This document shows, piece by piece, positions 29,170 through 32,000 of a stretch of DNA of 32,000 nt. This stretch comes from Wolbachia endosymbiont strain TRS of Brugia malayi (GTDB lineage: Bacteria > Pseudomonadota > Alphaproteobacteria > Rickettsiales > Anaplasmataceae). The number at the start of each line of letters is the position of its first letter. The first letter of the stretch is position 1. The DNA lies in assembly GCF_000008385.1 (NCBI RefSeq), contig NC_006833.1, forward strand, positions 270,001 through 302,000. Direction: 5' to 3'. A program made the translations under genes and the position numbers. The notes beneath the pieces were generated by a model. It had not been told where the DNA came from. It saw only the letters and a program-made list of their open reading frames with translations, and did not search any database.

Positions 29170-29892
29170 TTAGCATAACTTTACTGATAATCTTTTCGCG
29201 ACCTCTAAGTATGCTTCCTTCAAGTTTCCTAAATTCAAGCGGAAAACGTCTTTATCTAATTTTTTGTGCGTATTTTTATCCCACAGCCTACAGTTGTCAG
29301 GGCTGATCTCATCTGCTAAAGTAATCTTTGTATTATCGTTTATTGGTCTGCCAAATTCCAATTTAAGGTCGACTAAATCTATCCCTGCATTTAAAAATAA
29401 ATCGATTAGAACTGTGTTGATTTTAATGGTTATAGTTTTAATTTCTTCCATTTCTTCGTAAGATAGCCAGCCAAAATATAGCACGTGATTTTCGTTTACC
29501 ATTGGATCAGCTAGGCCATCGTTTTTATAAAAAAACTCGATTATAGGAAATGCGAGTTTCTCACCTTCTTTTATATTGAAACGCTTACAAAAACTACCAG
29601 CTGCGATATTTCTTACTACTATTTCAAGAGGTATAATTTTTAATTTTTTAACTAGCTGTTCTCTTTCGCTTAGAGTTTTTATAAAGTGTGTGTTAATTCC
29701 TGCTTTCTCAAGTGTTTCCATAATAAAAGTGCTAATGCGATTGTTAATTGTTCCTTTGCCCTCAATAATTTTATATTTTTCTTTATTGAAAGCTGTAACT
29801 TCATCTTTGAAGTATTGTATGACGGTTAATGGATCTTTAGTTTCAATAATGAACTTTGCTTTACCTTCATATATTATTTTGTCTGGCAACAT
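29170..29892 (-). CDS. purC: phosphoribosylaminoimidazole-succinocarboxamide synthase
   Basis: 240 aa; 'IIYEGKAKFIIET', 'YFKDEVTAFNKEKYKIIEGKGTINNRIS', 'LVDLKLEFGR', 'LADEISPDNCRLWD'. Confidence 0.98.
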   Translation of the reverse strand: MLPDKIIYEGKAKFIIETKDPLTVIQYFKDEVTAFNKEKYKIIEGKGTINNRISTFIMETLEKAGINTHFIKTLSEREQLVKKLKIIPLEIVVRNIAAGSFCKRFNIKEGEKLAFPIIEFFYKNDGLADPMVNENHVLYFGWLSYEEMEEIKTITIKINTVLIDLFLNAGIDLVDLKLEFGRPINDNTKITLADEISPDNCRLWDKNTHKKLDKDVFRLNLGNLKEAYLEVAKRLSVKLC

Positions 29893-29960
29893 GTGTGATT
29901 TAAGTATATATTATAAGCATTATATCAAATCACACTTAAGTTTACTACAAATTTATAAAG

Positions 29961-30668
29961 ATGTTCGATGTTACAATATTAACCATATTTCCAGAAATGT
30001 TTCCTGGATTTTTGAACTATTCCCTTGCTGGAAAAGCATTAGAGAAGAAGATATGGAACCTTCAAGTGATAAATATTCGTTTTTTTGCTAAAGATAGGCA
30101 TTTGACGGTAGACCATATTCCATATGGGGGTGGAGCAGGAATGATTATGCGCCCTGATGTAGTTGGTGATGCAGTTGATAGTGTACTTTCTACTCATAAA
30201 GATACTAAATTTATTTATATGACTCCGTCTGGCACAAAATTTGATCAGAGTATTGCAAGGGAATTGGTAGGATTTCCTCATATAACGATATTATGTGGTC
30301 GATTTGAGGGTATTGACCAAAGGGTGATAGATGAGTATACTCCTTATGAGTTAAGCATTGGAGATTATATTCTTTCAGGAGGTGAACCAGCTGCGATGGT
30401 AATTCTTGATGTGTGCGTTAGACTTCTTCCTGGTGTGGTAAATAATTCCGGTAGTATTACTGAGGAGAGTTTTAGTTATAGCGGTGGTGTGCTTGAGTAT
30501 CCTCAGTATACCAGACCTAAGCAGTGGAGAAAACATAGAGTGCCTAAAATTTTGTTATCTGGTAATCACAAAAAAATAAGTGATTGGAGACAGAAACAGT
30601 CTCAAGTTATAACAAAAAGACGTAGGCCTGAATTATTAGATGGAGAGATAAATGACAAATTTACTTAA
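29961..30668 (+). CDS. trmD: tRNA (guanine-N1)-methyltransferase
   Basis: 235 aa; '[15 protein letters not shown]', '[17 protein letters not shown]', '[15 protein letters not shown]', '[19 protein letters not shown]'. Confidence 0.98.
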   Translation: MFDVTILTIFPEMFPGFLNYSLAGKALEKKIWNLQVINIRFFAKDRHLTVDHIPYGGGAGMIMRPDVVGDAVDSVLSTHKDTKFIYMTPSGTKFDQSIARELVGFPHITILCGRFEGIDQRVIDEYTPYELSIGDYILSGGEPAAMVILDVCVRLLPGVVNNSGSITEESFSYSGGVLEYPQYTRPKQWRKHRVPKILLSGNHKKISDWRQKQSQVITKRRRPELLDGEINDKFT

Positions 30669-31029
30669 AAAGTTCAATGAGCAACAAATGCAAGTATTAG
30701 CTAAGGAAGTACCAGAATTTCGTCCTGGTGATGATTTGAAAGTTACTTTTAAAGTAGTTGACAGTACAAGTGAGCGTATACAAATATTTGAAGGTGTATG
30801 TATATCAAAAAGAAATCGAGGGTTACATTCTTCTTTTGCGGTTAGAAAAGTAAGTCATGGAGAAAGTATAGTATCTCAATTTTTTATTTACTCTCCTGCA
30901 TTAGTTTCAGTGCAAGTAACAAGAAGAGGAAAGGTTCGTAGGGCAAAGTTGTACTACCTATGTAAACTATTTGGAAAAGCTGCAAGAATAAAAGAGCGCG
31001 CTACTTACAAAAACAATAAGTCTAATTAG
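30652..31029 (+). CDS. rplS: 50S ribosomal protein L19
   Basis: 125 aa; '[35 protein letters not shown]', '[13 protein letters not shown]'. Overlaps the trmD 3' end by 17 nt. Confidence 0.97.
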   Translation: MTNLLKKFNEQQMQVLAKEVPEFRPGDDLKVTFKVVDSTSERIQIFEGVCISKRNRGLHSSFAVRKVSHGESIVSQFFIYSPALVSVQVTRRGKVRRAKLYYLCKLFGKAARIKERATYKNNKSN

Positions 31030-31052
31030 GTACAATGGAGAGTCATGTTAAT

Positions 31053-31284
31053 GGTGTCATTCCCAGTGCATGATATACAACTATATAAGCATTTTGATAT
31101 GATAAGGCGTTACATAGTAAACGATGTCATGAAAGTGGCTGACACTGGAATCCAGCTTTTTATGCAATCCCATCAAAGATATTTATTTAGTATAAGATCA
31201 ACTGCTTTCTATGTTCAACAAATCAGTTTGCTTATTTACAAGCAAACTTTCCTGGATCCTAGTGTCGCGCACTGGGATGATACC
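31053..31284. repeat. composite palindromic repeat
   Basis: Arms 'tgtcattcccagtgc' (31055-31069), 'gctgacactggaatccag' (31138-31155), and the inverse-oriented 'ctggatcctagtgtcgcgcactgggatgata' (31252-31282). A perfect 9-bp hairpin agtttgctt-atttac-aagcaaact lies at 31225-31248. Confidence 0.65.
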
Positions 31285-31434
31285 GACAGTTATGTCTTGT
31301 ATTTACAAAACTACAATGCAGAAAGTTCACACAGTTGTGGGTTTGACCTAAGATTTGGGAAGAAAGAAGAGACTTCAGTATTAGCTTGCATGACATCATT
31401 ACACACTTGAGCAACAAAAAGGAACTGAAAGTAA

Positions 31435-32000
31435 ATGAGTATAAAGACAAAATTTCTTAAACTGCTTCAGTCCAGGCGTATGCATGCTCACATAAAAAGG
31501 AAGAATAAAAAAGATAAAGCGTTATATTCCTGTTCTTTTATGACGCTAGTTATTTCACTTAGTTGCCCTGTATGTATATTGCTAAGTATATTGATTAACT
31601 CTTATAGCGCCTTAACAGTAACAAAAATTCTATTACCGATTGAAATAAACACTGATTTTGCTTTAGCAGATAATCCTAGCAATTTGCGGTATAAATCTAT
31701 TAATTCACTAAATGATTCTCTGCGAAAGATATTTAAGGGAACTGATTTTAAGAGTGGTGAAGAGATTTTAAGTCGTAATTCTTATAAGGAGCTAGAGAAT
31801 TTTGTTCGTAGAAAAGTAAAACATAATGGTGAATATGAAATCTGGTTTACCGCGTCAAGTATAATAAATTCAATAAATAAGGGTAAGTATTTTAACAGTC
31901 ATTATGTTGAATTGCTTAGTTGGCTAAAAAAACAGGGGAGAGTAGGAAAATTTTTCAATAGATCTCTATTTCTTAAGTCTGACTCTCGTGAACCTGAAAA
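31435..32000 (+). CDS. pstA: phosphate ABC transporter permease PstA-like, N-terminal part (runs off window)
   Basis: Open from ATG 31435 to the window end: 'MSIKTKFLKLLQSRRMHAHIKRKNKKDKALYSCSFMTLVISLSCPVCILLSILINSYSALTVTKILLPIEIN...'. Matches the alphaproteobacterial PstA N-terminal extension layout: basic tail, first TM, long periplasmic stretch. Confidence 0.6.
   Translation, partial: MSIKTKFLKLLQSRRMHAHIKRKNKKDKALYSCSFMTLVISLSCPVCILLSILINSYSALTVTKILLPIEINTDFALADNPSNLRYKSINSLNDSLRKIFKGTDFKSGEEILSRNSYKELENFVRRKVKHNGEYEIWFTASSIINSINKGKYFNSHYVELLSWLKKQGRVGKFFNRSLFLKSDSREPE

Noticed and set aside
29576-30091. 171-aa plus-strand ORF
   Set aside because: Mostly antisense to purC and overlapping the trmD start in another frame; likely spurious.
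31045-31410. 121-aa plus-strand ORF
   Set aside because: Largely composed of the palindromic repeat; no protein family features, so treated as repeat-derived rather than a gene.
1-32000. CRISPR arrays, rRNA genes, intact prophage modules
   Set aside because: Looked for regularly spaced identical repeats, rRNA-like sequence and phage structural genes; none seen.

Overview
Gene-dense window from an alphaproteobacterial endosymbiont. AT-richness, housekeeping gene content, many decaying genes and short palindromic repeats suggest Wolbachia or a close Rickettsiales relative; this is inference, as no database search was possible. Intact conserved genes: argS, an rluC-family pseudouridine synthase carrying an in-frame repeat-derived insert, pdhA, hemJ-like, ppdK, dapA, ssb, a PrtD/HlyB-type I secretion ABC transporter, tsaD, sodB, an M16 peptidase, yajC, glmS, purM, purC, trmD, rplS and the 5' part of a pstA-like permease. 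There is one tRNA-Arg(CCG). The space between them holds degraded genes: an NhaC-like antiporter, an IS66-like element with decayed ends, an LRR protein, a putative HExxH metalloprotease broken by four in-frame stops, a frameshifted membrane protein, a RelE-like toxin tail, and a ChpT-like histidine phosphotransferase split at an A10 tract. The most system-like locus is a tight three-gene operon (13449-16321, minus strand). Its architecture resembles the PilM/PilN + PilO inner-membrane assembly module of type IV pili / type II secretion, plus a secreted partner. The second theme is a palindromic repeat family found both inside the rluC reading frame and downstream of rplS.
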